A stretch of 64,000 nucleotides of DNA, taken from NCBI GenBank assembly GCA_026982665.1, contig JALSGQ010000037.1, forward strand, positions 11,762 to 75,761, written 5' to 3'. This document shows, one piece after another, positions 30,339-40,303 of this stretch; position 1 is the stretch's first letter; every line of letters begins with the position of its first letter. The position numbers and the translations under genes are program-made. The notes under the pieces are model-generated. The model saw only the letters and a list, made by a program, of their open reading frames with translations. It made no database searches and was not told the origin of the DNA. Source of the stretch: Hyphomicrobiales bacterium (GTDB lineage: Bacteria > Pseudomonadota > Alphaproteobacteria > Rhizobiales > Aestuariivirgaceae).

Positions 30339-30354
30339 TGAACGGGGGCGGAGC

Positions 30355-31089
30355 ATGGAGCAGGCGGTGGAAGAGCATCTGCTGCGGCTGGCGGTGATCA
30401 GCGACGTGCACCTGGAGTTTCGCGGGCAGCCGCCGCTGCCGGTGCCGGAAGCGGATGTGTTCATCGTCGCCGGTGATCTGCATCCCGACCCGCGGGCGCG
30501 GGAGGACTTCCTGTGTTCGCTGCCCGGCGAGGTGCTGTTCGTGCCGGGCAATCACGACTATTACGGGCATGACTTCCCGGCACCGGAAGACGGCCTGTTC
30601 ACGTGCGAGATCAACGGCGTGCGGTTTGCCGGGGCGACGCTGTGGACGGGCTTTCCGGAACGCTGGTGGCCGGACTTCAAGCACGGCATGACCGATGCGC
30701 GGGTCATTCGCGGCATCTCGTGGGAACGGATGCAGGAGGTGCATGCGCATCACCTGGCCTTCCTGCGCGAGGCCGGGGCGGATGTCGTCATCACCCATCA
30801 CGCGCCTAGCTACGCTTGCGTGCCGCCGCGCATGGATGGCAGCATCTACAATCCGTTCTACGTCTCGTCGATTCTCGACCGCGAGGGGCATGGCTTCGAG
30901 GATGTGCACCTGTGGATTCACGGGCACGTGCATGCCTGCCAGAAGGTGCTTTCCGGCGGCGTGTCGGTGCTGTGCCATGCGCGCGGATACCCGATGGAGC
31001 AGGGGCTGGCGGAAACATTCAGGCTGCTTGACGTGTGGCGTGATGCCAATGGCTCATTGCGCGTGCGAGACGTGGCATCCCCGGCATGA
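30355..31089 (+). CDS. calcineurin-like metallophosphoesterase
   Basis: Motifs: LAVISDVHLE, IVAGDL, FVPGNHDYY, VVITHHAP, WIHGHVH. Confidence 0.75.
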   Translation: MEQAVEEHLLRLAVISDVHLEFRGQPPLPVPEADVFIVAGDLHPDPRAREDFLCSLPGEVLFVPGNHDYYGHDFPAPEDGLFTCEINGVRFAGATLWTGFPERWWPDFKHGMTDARVIRGISWERMQEVHAHHLAFLREAGADVVITHHAPSYACVPPRMDGSIYNPFYVSSILDREGHGFEDVHLWIHGHVHACQKVLSGGVSVLCHARGYPMEQGLAETFRLLDVWRDANGSLRVRDVASPA

Positions 31090-31141
31090 TGCTGTCATGC
31101 CGGGGCATTCGTGAACGGCGTGATGTGCCGTGCCGCTCGCC

Positions 31142-31477
31142 TCAGGCCGCCAGCTTCACCGGCTGGCGGATGTTGACGAGGTGCTGCACGCCTTCGTGGT
31201 CGGTGATGTCGATGGCCAGCAGGCGGCCTTCGTCATCCTCCACCATCATGATCTGTGTCGGCTGGCGGATGAGGTGGTCTATCTCGCCCACCCAGAGCTG
31301 CACCACGTCATCCTTCGGGTCGTAGCTGAGGCCCTTCAGCGGCACGTGCTCGGCCTCGATCTGATCGCCGAGGTTCAGGGCCTCCACCTCCACTTCCACC
31401 TCATGGCCATCCAGCGCCTTCCAGATGCGGGTGAGTTCGTCCGCCCACTTGTCGCGATCGATGATGATATTGCGCAT
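31142..31477 (-). CDS. DUF5335-like small protein
   Basis: Starts at MRNIIIDRDKWADELTRIWKALDGHEVEVEVEALNLGDQIEAEHVPLKGLSYDPKDDVVQLWVGEIDHLI. Family call is from memory. Confidence 0.5.
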   Translation of the reverse strand: MRNIIIDRDKWADELTRIWKALDGHEVEVEVEALNLGDQIEAEHVPLKGLSYDPKDDVVQLWVGEIDHLIRQPTQIMMVEDDEGRLLAIDITDHEGVQHLVNIRQPVKLAA

Positions 31478-31630
31478 GGCTCTGCCCTCCTCGTTGACCT
31501 GGTGATGGCTGAAGAGGCTGTCGCTTCCCTCAATATGGGGAGGGCAGGGCATTTTTTGCAGGGGCAAGGCAGCAGGCAGGGGCGGCTACTGTCGGAAGGT
31601 GCGGCCCCCGGTGGTGGTGGCGGCTGATTC

Positions 31631-32341
31631 TCAGGTGCTGATGTTGTGCTTGCGCTTCATCAGCTCCCGTGCCGTATCCACGGCCACCGCCGCATCCTTG
31701 CAGTAGGCATCGGCCCTGATGGCCTCGGCGAAGTCCTCGTTCAGCGGCGCGCCGCCCACCAGCACGATGATGTCATCGCGGATGCCCTTCTTCTCCAGCT
31801 CCTCGATGACCGTCTTCATGTAGGGCATGGTGGTGGTCAGCAGGGCGGACATGCCGAGGATGTGCGGCTTGTGCTCCTCGATGGCGGCGAGGAACTGCTC
31901 CGCATCGACGTTGATGCCGAGGTTGATGACCTCGAAGCCGGCGCCTTCCATCATCATCGCCACGATGTTCTTGCCGATGTCGTGGATGTCGCCCTTCACC
32001 GTGCCGATGACCATCTTGCCGGCCTTCGGCGCATCGGTCTCCACCAGCAGCGGGCGCAGGATTTCCATGCCGGCCTTCATGGCGTTGGCCGCCAGCAGCA
32101 CCTCCGGCACGAACAGGATGCCGTCGCGAAAATCGTCGCCGACGATCTTCATGCCCGCCACCAGCGCCTTGGTCAGCACATCATAGGGCTGCCAGCCACG
32201 CTCCAGCAGGATCTCGACGCCCTCCACCACCTCGTCCTTCAGGCCGTCGTAGAGGTCATCGCCGATCTGCTCCGCCAGTTCCTCGTCGGTCAGCGAGCGC
32301 AGGTCAAGATCGTCGTCTTCGTTGTTGTCGTTATCGCTCAT
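31631..32341 (-). CDS. cobalamin-binding corrinoid protein (B12 cap plus Rossmann domain, MetH-type)
   Basis: Has the DxHxxG motif (GDIHDIGKN), plus GMSALLTTTMPYM and VLVGGAPL, and an acidic N-terminal tail. Confidence 0.85.
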   Translation of the reverse strand: MSDNDNNEDDDLDLRSLTDEELAEQIGDDLYDGLKDEVVEGVEILLERGWQPYDVLTKALVAGMKIVGDDFRDGILFVPEVLLAANAMKAGMEILRPLLVETDAPKAGKMVIGTVKGDIHDIGKNIVAMMMEGAGFEVINLGINVDAEQFLAAIEEHKPHILGMSALLTTTMPYMKTVIEELEKKGIRDDIIVLVGGAPLNEDFAEAIRADAYCKDAAVAVDTARELMKRKHNIST

Positions 32342-32420
32342 GGGCCGCCATGTATCGTTGATTGCGCCTGTGGTTGCGTGTTGCGCACAACCTTACCAGC
32401 ATTTGCGAATCGCTGCCAAG

Positions 32421-34208
32421 TCATTGCCGTGCCTGCCGGAATGGCTCAAGGCTGCCGGTGTGCAAGGCTGGCATGTTTTCGTCATGCGGGGGTGTGGCGG
32501 GGTGCCGGGCGGTTGCAGGCGCGGGAAGGTGCTGCGGTGCCGATGCGCGAGGTGGGGTGATGAGCCGCCAGGCGGATTGCCGTGCGGTGCTGCCAGCGGC
32601 AGCATTTTCCGCTGCGTCCGGCGTGCTTGCGGTGCGGGCCATGCCGCCGGTGGCCTGCGGGAAGGCGAATGCCCAGCCACGCGGGGCGTTGCCGTGCGGG
32701 GTGATGAGGTGCCAGTAGCCGCGGGCATCGACATGGAAGGCGGCCAGCGTGGCGCGCAGGGCGATGCGCCAGCGGCCACCCTCGCGGCGCAACAACAGTG
32801 GCGGACAGAAGCGCTGTGTGCGTGGCCACAGGGCTGCGGCATGGTTGTAGGCAATGCGGATCTCTGCCGCGCCGCAACCGCGCCAGTGTGCGCCGGTAAT
32901 GCGTGTCCATGCACGCGTGCGGCGCGATTCGCCATCAAGCAGCGGCAGCAGGGGCGATTTCTCGCCATGCTGCAGGGCGGCGGCGAAGGCATGCACGGTT
33001 TTTGCAGGGCTGAACAGCCCGGCGGCAGCCTCGCGCCGCCACCAGCGCTGATGCAGCAGCTTCGTGTGCCGGTCTTCCAGCGCTGCCACCTGCTGGCGCG
33101 TGTCGTGGTTCGATACCATCTCCCAGCCTATCCACACGGGAAGCAGCAGCATGGCCGCCAGCGCCGTGCTGCGCAGCAATGCCGGGCGGCGGGGTTTGCC
33201 GATGCCGGTGCTTTCAGGTGATGCCGTGGCGGCACGGGGCAGGGGCATCGGGGTGTCGTTGCCTTCGGCAGGGGTTGCCTGTCGTGGGCGGGGTGTCGTT
33301 GCCGCGGACAGGATGCCGTTGTCTGCTGCCTGCTGTTCTGCCGTTGCTGTCTTGTGGGTGCCACAGGTTTCCGTCAGCTCCAGTTGCAGGGCGTGGGCGC
33401 GCATGTTGCGCACGTGGGCCAAAGGCGCGTGCAGCGGGTGCAGGCTCACGTTCAGCGTGCCGCTGCACAGGGGGATGCGCAGGCGGATGTCTTGCGCCAT
33501 GCGTTGCAGGCGACGTTCGGCATCGGCATGAAAATGCCAGCGGCGCGGGCGCAGCTCCAGCAGCAGCTCGTGATGTTGCCAACGTGGGGCGTGGGTGCAG
33601 AAACGCGTGGCCAGCCATGCGGTGCGGATGTCCTCCCGCCACGGCAGCAGTGCCTCGCGCAACATGGCGGCGATGGCTTCGTCCGGCTCGTGCAGGCACT
33701 CGCGGCCGGTGAGGGTTTCGCGCTCCTTGCGGGCGCTGGCGTGCAGGCTGTGCATGCGGTTGAGCTCGTGGCGCAGCAGCATGCTGTCATGCTCGCGTCC
33801 CTCGCCGCTCAGCCATTGCTCGATGTTGGTGGCGGCCTCCGCCAGCAGCGCGGGATCGGCTTGCGCTGCCTGCAGCATGCGGTGCACGCCGCTGGTATCT
33901 CCCGTCGCCAGCAGGGCTCGGCCCAGCAGCAGCATGGCGCGGGGCGGGCAGCGATCATCCGCCTCCGCAGGGGCGCAGATCTCCTGCAGCAACGTCAGTG
34001 CTTCCTGCGGCCGGGCCTGCCGCAGCAGCCTTTCGGCGTGCTGCAGGGTTGCCTGGTGTTTCTGCAGGAACGCAATGCAATCTGTCGAAAGGTCGCGAAA
34101 AATCCCTTGCTGCCGATCCATTTTCTCCAATGCCCCCACCATGTGTCGAACGAACTGATGCACTGCCCAGTTTGCAGCACTGGTATCGGGGATGTTCTGG
34201 CAGATCAT
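32421..34208 (-). CDS. hypothetical single-pass membrane protein
   Basis: About 595 aa from the ATG at 34208. GC3 is high on this strand, and the overlapping plus-strand ORFs look like antisense noise. Has a helical His/Leu-rich N-terminal half, one TM (ALLRSTALAAMLLLPVWIGW) and a C-terminal domain with an NTF2-like ending (LLLRREGGRWRIAL). No family recognised. Confidence 0.5.
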   Translation of the reverse strand: MICQNIPDTSAANWAVHQFVRHMVGALEKMDRQQGIFRDLSTDCIAFLQKHQATLQHAERLLRQARPQEALTLLQEICAPAEADDRCPPRAMLLLGRALLATGDTSGVHRMLQAAQADPALLAEAATNIEQWLSGEGREHDSMLLRHELNRMHSLHASARKERETLTGRECLHEPDEAIAAMLREALLPWREDIRTAWLATRFCTHAPRWQHHELLLELRPRRWHFHADAERRLQRMAQDIRLRIPLCSGTLNVSLHPLHAPLAHVRNMRAHALQLELTETCGTHKTATAEQQAADNGILSAATTPRPRQATPAEGNDTPMPLPRAATASPESTGIGKPRRPALLRSTALAAMLLLPVWIGWEMVSNHDTRQQVAALEDRHTKLLHQRWWRREAAAGLFSPAKTVHAFAAALQHGEKSPLLPLLDGESRRTRAWTRITGAHWRGCGAAEIRIAYNHAAALWPRTQRFCPPLLLRREGGRWRIALRATLAAFHVDARGYWHLITPHGNAPRGWAFAFPQATGGMARTASTPDAAENAAAGSTARQSAWRLITPPRASAPQHLPAPATARHPATPPHDENMPALHTGSLEPFRQARQ

Positions 34209-34336
34209 CTTCACCGTGCGGTGAAGCGGCTTGGTAAACAGGGGGTTGCGATGTCGTGCTGCAGCATTGTGTGCATGCAGCGGCATGGAGCCCGAGACGT
34301 GAGGGCAGGGGGTATCAACCGGAGAGGGGGTTCATC

Positions 34337-35374
34337 TCAGCCGCGGCGACGGCGGCGACGGCGGCGGCCTTCGCCATCATTGCCATGGTGGCCGTGCGCG
34401 CACTTGTGGCCGGCAGCCTGCTGCTGAATGGGGCCAAGGCGGGCCTCCACGTCCTCGCGGGTGGGGCGGGGGCCGGGCGTGTGATCATCAAGCGCGCGGC
34501 GCATCTCGGCGACGTGGTCGAAGCTGTTGCCGCAGCAGCCGCCAATGATGCGCGCCCCGGCATCGAAGGCCATTTTCGCGTATTCGCCGGCCAGTTCCAC
34601 GGTGCCGGAATAGACGATGTCGCCATCCTTGAACTCCGGCACGCCGGCATTGGCCTTGGCCACCACGATGGCATCAGGTGCGGCCTCGGTCATTTCCAGC
34701 ACGCCCAGCAGCAGATCCGGCGCTCCGGTGCCGCAGTTGGCACCGAAGGCGAAGAGGCCATGCTCCTGCGCGAAGGCGGCAAGCGCGGCGGGCTGCACGC
34801 CCATCATGGTGCGCCCGGCAGTGTCGAAGCTCATGGTCGCCACCACCGGCAGGCCAGGGGCCACCTTGCGCGCCGCCTCCACGGCAGCACGTGTTTCCTC
34901 GGTGGAGGACATGGTTTCGATCCACACCACGTCAATGCCGCCTTCGGCCAGCGCCGCGATCTGCTCGGCAAAGGCCTCCACGGCCTCCTCGAACGTGAGG
35001 GTGCCGCCGGCGTCCTGCAGGATCTCGCCGGTGGGGCCGACGGAACCGGCCACCACTACCGGGCGCGGCGCCTGCTCGGCCAAGGTGCCGGCAAGCCTGG
35101 CCGCCTTCTCGTTGAGCTCGGCCACGCGGTCCTGCGCGCCGTGCAGCATCAGCCGATATCGGCTGCCGCCAAAGGAGTTGGTGAGGATGATGTCCGACCC
35201 GGCATCGATGAAGCCCTGATGCAGCCAGCGAATCACGTCCGGCTTCTCGTCGTTCCACAGCTCCGGCGGATAACCCGACTCCAGCCCCTGCATGAACAGG
35301 TTGGTGCCGGTGGCGCCATCGGCCAGCAGCAGGCCGCGCTCCTGCATCAGTGCATCGAGTGCCGTCCTGGACAT
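34337..35374 (-). CDS. homocysteine S-methyltransferase domain protein (MetH N-terminal module-like)
   Basis: Motifs: LLADGATGTNL, IILTNSFGG, and Zn-ligand motifs FGANCGTG and GGCCGNS. Has an unusual His-rich and Arg8 C-terminal tail. Confidence 0.85.
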   Translation of the reverse strand: MSRTALDALMQERGLLLADGATGTNLFMQGLESGYPPELWNDEKPDVIRWLHQGFIDAGSDIILTNSFGGSRYRLMLHGAQDRVAELNEKAARLAGTLAEQAPRPVVVAGSVGPTGEILQDAGGTLTFEEAVEAFAEQIAALAEGGIDVVWIETMSSTEETRAAVEAARKVAPGLPVVATMSFDTAGRTMMGVQPAALAAFAQEHGLFAFGANCGTGAPDLLLGVLEMTEAAPDAIVVAKANAGVPEFKDGDIVYSGTVELAGEYAKMAFDAGARIIGGCCGNSFDHVAEMRRALDDHTPGPRPTREDVEARLGPIQQQAAGHKCAHGHHGNDGEGRRRRRRRRG

Positions 35375-35452
35375 GAAACCTCGTCTCCGCAGAATGTCGT
35401 TTCCTGCGTGCTTCTTATCAGCAGGGGCAGGTCATATAAAGACTTTTTTATA

Positions 35453-36097
35453 TCATGCCCCGGCTGGTGTATCGTCCCGTGTGCGGGCAGCAGAGCTTTG
35501 CGCTTGCCTGCCGGCATCTGCCTTGCTGCCACGCTTGCCTGCCTTTTCGTCGCGTGTCCTGCGCAGTTGCGACTGGTAATCCGACGGCGAGGACGGGAAG
35601 CGCGAAGAACCGTAGCGCAGCAGCAGCAGGGCCAGCGCCAGCACCAGCACCGCACCGCCGATATAGATGAGCTCCAGCACGTTGCCGCCCTTGCCGGCCT
35701 CCAGCTTGCCGACTTCGCCAATGAGCAGGCGGGTGAGGGCGGTAACGGCCACATACACCAGGAAGCGCACCGGCAGGCGCGAGGTGCGGAAGTAGATGCC
35801 CACCATCGCGCCGATTTCCAGGTAGATGAACAGCAGCAGCAGGTCGGCGACGGTGGCATGCCCCTTCTGGAAGATCAACGTGAACTCGTATGCCGCGGCC
35901 CACACCGTGGCAGCGCCAATGACGAACAGGCCGACATAGTGGAAAATGTCCACCAGCAGGTTGCCCAGCGGATCGACGAAACGCGCCAGGTTGCGGTCAA
36001 TGCGATAGAATACCTTCGGCACGGGAATTGTTTCCCCACCTTGCAGCTCGTGCCTGCCGTGCCGGCCATTCTCCTGTTCTTCCTCGATGTTGCTCAT
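35453..36097 (-). CDS. PsiE-family (phosphate-starvation-inducible) membrane protein
   Basis: From the ATG at 36097. Four TM helices with family-like motifs: DIFHYVGLFVIGAATVWAA, LLLLFIYLEIGAMVGIYF, RFLVYVAVTALTRLLI. Confidence 0.65.
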   Translation of the reverse strand: MSNIEEEQENGRHGRHELQGGETIPVPKVFYRIDRNLARFVDPLGNLLVDIFHYVGLFVIGAATVWAAAYEFTLIFQKGHATVADLLLLFIYLEIGAMVGIYFRTSRLPVRFLVYVAVTALTRLLIGEVGKLEAGKGGNVLELIYIGGAVLVLALALLLLRYGSSRFPSSPSDYQSQLRRTRDEKAGKRGSKADAGRQAQSSAARTRDDTPAGA

Positions 36098-36346
36098 GCG
36101 CGTATCATTCCCGATTGCATCCGGCTTGCATGTCTGCCCGACGATTTTTGCAGTCTTGTGTCTGTCATCGTAACATGGGAGCATGAAGCTGCGCGGGCAA
36201 GGCGGCAAAATGGCCCGTGCGCACAGCCATGCGCAAAAGGCACGCAAGCCGTGCATCATCGGGCTTGACTTGCCGGCGCACAGCCCTTAAGTCATGCACC
36301 GTTCCCAGGCGGCCGAAGATGGCCGCACATGGTGCAACACCCTGAT

Positions 36347-36423
<77 letters not shown>

Positions 36424-36775
36424 CTGCCGTTCGGCATATTAACTTTTGCAGACATAGGGCGTTCGGCGCAGGCTCTCTCTTCATCCCTTGGCTCCTGCAT
36501 GCGCTGGCAGGCCTGTGCTGGCGTTCGGCAACCAACCTTTTCAGACGTAGGGTGTTCGGCGCAGCCTCTCTCTTTATCCTCTGACGCTTGTGTGCTTGTG
36601 CAAGGCCGGTGCTGCCGTTCGGCAGACTGCCGTTTGGCAGGCTGACTTTCACAGACCAAGGGTGCCCGGGCAGCTTCTCTCTTCAATCCTCTGGCGTTGG
36701 CGTGCTTGTGAAGGTTGGTGCTGCCGTTCGACAGCGCCGATTCAAGGGTGCTTGATGCGGCTTTTATCCCCCTTT
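36424..36775. repeat. degenerate tandem repeat array (94, 94 and 109 nt units plus a partial unit) abutting tRNA-Asp
   Basis: Units start at 36424, 36518, 36612 and 36721, each with CTG(C/G)CGTTCG. The shared core is TAGGG(C/T)GTTCGGCGCAG(G/C)CTCTCTCTT(C/T)ATCC. Unit 3 carries an internal 15-nt duplication. Confidence 0.75.
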
Positions 36776-37155
36776 TCGGGTGTTTTCGCGTGTTCTGGCT
36801 GTTTTTCGGCAGGTTGGCCATTGCAGGTGCGAGGGGGGCGCCTGCCTTGTCCGAATCCACTGCATTGCCGTTCAGCTACCTGCTCGCGGCCTTTTCCATC
36901 GTGCAAAAGATTGTGGCGGATGGTTTCTTGCAGGCCGGTTTGTCTCTATCCTCAAGGGCGTGAATCATGTGAATCACATGGTGCCGACAGGCGGCTTCGT
37001 TGCCGGGGTGCGACACCTTGCGCCGGGAAAATGACGATTGTGGCGCTTGCGTGGCAAGGAACGGTTCGCTATCCCGTTGCAAGCTCCGGTGCCGCGACAG
37101 CCGCAAGAAGCCCGGAAAGGCATTGCGCCGGAGTCAGAGGGAAAGAGGAGGGGAG

Positions 37156-37521
37156 ATGCAGGATCTGCTGATGCAATATCTGCCGGTGGCCATCTTCATC
37201 GGCATTTCCATTGTCATCGGGCTGGCATTGTTTCTCTCCGCCGTGGTGATTGCGCCCAGCAATCCCGACCCGGAAAAGAACTCGGCCTATGAATGCGGTT
37301 TCGATCCGTTCGATGATGCGCGCATGAAGTTCGATGTGCGCTTCTACCTGGTGGCGATCCTGTTCATCATCTTCGATCTGGAAGTGGCCTTCCTCTTCCC
37401 GTGGGCGGTAACGCTGAAGGAAACGGGCGTGTTCGGCTTCTGGTCGATGATGGTGTTCCTCGGCGTGCTGACCATTGGCTTCATCTACGAGTGGCGCAAG
37501 GGCGCGCTTGAGTGGAACTGA
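37156..37521 (+). CDS. nuoA: NADH-quinone oxidoreductase subunit A
   Basis: RBS GAGGAGGGGAG. Motifs: [40 protein letters not shown]. Confidence 0.93.
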   Translation: MQDLLMQYLPVAIFIGISIVIGLALFLSAVVIAPSNPDPEKNSAYECGFDPFDDARMKFDVRFYLVAILFIIFDLEVAFLFPWAVTLKETGVFGFWSMMVFLGVLTIGFIYEWRKGALEWN

Positions 37522-37534
37522 GGGAGGCAGGCCC

Positions 37535-38104
37535 ATGCGCAAGCAGGATGAAAAGCCCATCTTCATCAGGCCCGGCGAGCCGGAGACGATGGTTTCCGCC
37601 ACCGCAGCGCATCGCGCCTCCCTGGTGGGTATCAATGATGCGCTGGCCGACAAGGGGTTCATCACCACCACCACCGATGATCTCATCAACTGGGCGCGTA
37701 CCGGCTCGCTGATGTGGATGACTTTCGGCCTTGCCTGCTGTGCGGTGGAGATGATGCAGGCGGCCATGCCGCGCTACGACATGGAGCGCTTCGGCTTCGC
37801 GCCGCGTGCCTCACCAAGGCAGTCGGACGTGATCATCGTCGCCGGCACGCTGACCAACAAGATGGCCCCGGCCATTCGCAAGGTCTATGACCAGATGCCG
37901 GATCCGAAGTGGGTCATCTCCATGGGCTCGTGCGCCAATGGTGGTGGATATTACCACTACTCCTATTCGGTGGTGCGCGGCTGCGACCGGGTGCTGCCGG
38001 TGGACATATACGTGCCCGGCTGTCCGCCCTCGGCGGAGGCGCTGATGTATGGCATCCTGCTGTTGCAGCGCAAGATCCGCCGCACCGGCACGATCGAGCG
38101 TTGA
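37535..38104 (+). CDS. nuoB: NADH-quinone oxidoreductase subunit B
   Basis: Motifs: [60 protein letters not shown]. Confidence 0.95.
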   Translation: MRKQDEKPIFIRPGEPETMVSATAAHRASLVGINDALADKGFITTTTDDLINWARTGSLMWMTFGLACCAVEMMQAAMPRYDMERFGFAPRASPRQSDVIIVAGTLTNKMAPAIRKVYDQMPDPKWVISMGSCANGGGYYHYSYSVVRGCDRVLPVDIYVPGCPPSAEALMYGILLLQRKIRRTGTIER

Positions 38105-38371
38105 GTGCCGCGGATTTCCGAGGTGCCAGCCAATGGCTGGGAGCTGGCGGCGGGCTGGGACCTGAGGTGGAGCTGCCGCAGCGTGATGGGAGGTGCATTG
38201 AATCCTCGTGTGCGCGGGGAGGGGTGAGAAGGGCAGGGGCCTTTTGGCCGTCATGTTCGGGCTTGATCCGGGTGCCGGTGGCGGCAAGCGCAGGGGCGAC
38301 GGCTCTGAGGAGGTGATGGCCCCCGTGAAGGGGAAAGAGAGGCGAGAAGCAACGGTTGAAACGGTGAGCGC

Positions 38372-39019
38372 ATGGCGGTGATGACGGAAGAGGATCTGCG
38401 TAACCTGGGCGAGCACGTGGCGGCATCGCTGGGGGAGGCGGTGTCTGACGTGCGCGTGGTGCACGGGCAGTTGCAGATGGTGGCGCAGGCGGAGAAGATT
38501 CGCGAGGTGCTGCGCTTCCTGCGCGATGATCCGTCGTGCCGCTTTGTCTGCTTCACCGATATCTGTGGTGTCGATTATCCGCAGCGGGAAAAGCGCTTCG
38601 AGGTGGTCTATCACCTGCTTTCCCCCAGCATCAATGCGCGGGTGCGGGTGAAGGCACCGGTGGGCGAGGGCGAGACCATTCCTTCGGTCATCGAGGTGTT
38701 TCCGGGCGCGGAGTGGTTCGAGCGCGAGGTCTATGACATGTATGGGGTGTTCTTCACCGATCATCCGGACCTTCGGCGCATCCTCACCGATTATGGCTTC
38801 AACGGCCATCCGCTGCGCAAGGACTTTCCGGTAACCGGTTTCGTCGAGGTGCGCTACGACGAGGATCGCAAGCGGGTGATCTACGAGCCGGTGAACCTGC
38901 AGCAGGCGTGGCGCGAGTTCGACTTCCTGTCGCCATGGCGGGGGGAGCCGGCGGTGTTGCCGGGGGACGAAAAGGCCTCCGCGGCACAGGAGAAGCAGCA
39001 GGATGAAGGGGCGGCGTGA
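38372..39019 (+). CDS. nuoC: NADH-quinone oxidoreductase subunit C
   Basis: Motifs: [48 protein letters not shown]. Confidence 0.93.
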   Translation: MAVMTEEDLRNLGEHVAASLGEAVSDVRVVHGQLQMVAQAEKIREVLRFLRDDPSCRFVCFTDICGVDYPQREKRFEVVYHLLSPSINARVRVKAPVGEGETIPSVIEVFPGAEWFEREVYDMYGVFFTDHPDLRRILTDYGFNGHPLRKDFPVTGFVEVRYDEDRKRVIYEPVNLQQAWREFDFLSPWRGEPAVLPGDEKASAAQEKQQDEGAA

Positions 39020-40215
39020 TGAGCGAGCGTGATGTGAGCGTGCGCAACTTCACCATCAACTTCGGGCCGCAGCACCCGGCGGCGCATGGTGTGCTGCGCC
39101 TGGTGCTGGAGCTGGACGGCGAGGTGGTGGAGCGTGCCGACCCGCATATCGGCCTGTTGCACCGCGGCACCGAAAAGCTGATCGAGACCAAGACGTATCA
39201 TCAGGCGGTGCCGTATTTCGACCGGCTCGACTACGTGGCACCGATGAACCAGGAGCACGCCTTCGTGCTGGCGGCGGAGAAGCTGCTGGGCATCGAGATT
39301 CCGTATCGCGCCAAGGTCATCAGGGTGCTGTATTCGGAGATCGGGCGGCTGCTGTCGCACATCCTCAACGTTACCACGCAGGCGATGGACGTCGGCGCAC
39401 TGACGCCGCCGCTGTGGGGTTTCGAGGAGCGCGAGAAGCTGATGATCTTCTACGAGCGCGCCTCCGGCTCGCGCATGCATGCGGCCTATTTCCGCATCGG
39501 CGGCGTGCACCAGGACCTGCCGCCGGAGCTGATCGACGACATCGGCGAGTTCTGCGAGACGCATCCGAAGGTGCTGCGCGACATCGAGGGGCTGCTGACG
39601 GAGAACCGCATCTTCAAGCAGCGCAATGTGGATATCGGCGTCATCTCCGTGGAGGAGGCGTTTGCGCGCGGCTTCTCCGGCGTGATGGTGCGCGGTTCCG
39701 GGGCGGCGTGGGACCTGCGCAAGGCGCAGCCCTACGAGATCTACGACGAGCTGGACTTCAAGGTGGCGGTGGGCCGCAACGGCGACTGCTACGACCGCTA
39801 CCTGGTGCGCATGGAGGAAATGTATCAGTCCGTGCACATCATGAAGCAGTGCGTGGAGATCCTGTCCTCGCAGAAGGGGCAGGGCGAGGTGATGGTGGAC
39901 AACCGCAAGGTCGCGCCACCGCGCCGGGCCGAGATGAAGACCTCCATGGAGGCGCTGATCGAGCACTTCAAGCTCTATACCGAGGGCGTGAAGGTGCCGG
40001 AAGGCGAGGTCTATGCGGCGGTGGAGGCGCCGAAGGGCGAGTTCGGCGTGTATCTCGTCTCCGACGGCTCCAACCGGCCCTATCGCTGCAAGATCCGGGC
40101 GCCGGGCTTCGCCCACCTGGCGGCGCTGGACTACATGGGCCGCGGCCACATGCTGGCGGACGTTTCCGCCCTGATCGGTTCGCTGGACATCGTGTTCGGG
40201 GAGATTGACAGATGA
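39019..40215 (+). CDS. nuoD: NADH-quinone oxidoreductase subunit D
   Basis: Motifs: [36 protein letters not shown], ...[14 protein letters not shown] at 39016 is also possible. Confidence 0.95.
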   Translation: MSERDVSVRNFTINFGPQHPAAHGVLRLVLELDGEVVERADPHIGLLHRGTEKLIETKTYHQAVPYFDRLDYVAPMNQEHAFVLAAEKLLGIEIPYRAKVIRVLYSEIGRLLSHILNVTTQAMDVGALTPPLWGFEEREKLMIFYERASGSRMHAAYFRIGGVHQDLPPELIDDIGEFCETHPKVLRDIEGLLTENRIFKQRNVDIGVISVEEAFARGFSGVMVRGSGAAWDLRKAQPYEIYDELDFKVAVGRNGDCYDRYLVRMEEMYQSVHIMKQCVEILSSQKGQGEVMVDNRKVAPPRRAEMKTSMEALIEHFKLYTEGVKVPEGEVYAAVEAPKGEFGVYLVSDGSNRPYRCKIRAPGFAHLAALDYMGRGHMLADVSALIGSLDIVFGEIDR

Positions 40216-40303
40216 CAACCTTGGTTGATCAACGGGTTGCGGCTTTTTCCCCTTGCCGGTCAGGGGGGCGTGATCTCGCTGAAGTTGCGGGAGGAGGCGA
40301 GGC

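Noticed and set aside
32322-34427. Plus-strand ORFs 32322..33221 and 33354..34427 as alternatives to the 595-aa minus-strand gene
   Set aside because: Hand reading of codons shows strong third-position GC on the minus-strand frame and a plausible domain/TM layout there. The plus-strand translations are Gln/Gly/Arg/Ala noise.
36424-36775. Possible CRISPR array or integrase att scars next to the tRNA
   Set aside because: The units are contiguous with no unique spacers, are about 94 nt long and are degenerate, so this is not CRISPR. They do not contain a copy of the tRNA 3' end, and no integrase or mobile-element genes are nearby, so a simple integration scar is unsupported.
38105-38371. 267-nt nuoB-nuoC spacer as a hidden gene or RNA element
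   Set aside because: No ORF with coding character, no convincing hairpin/terminator and no repeat were found. It is noted only as an unusually long spacer.
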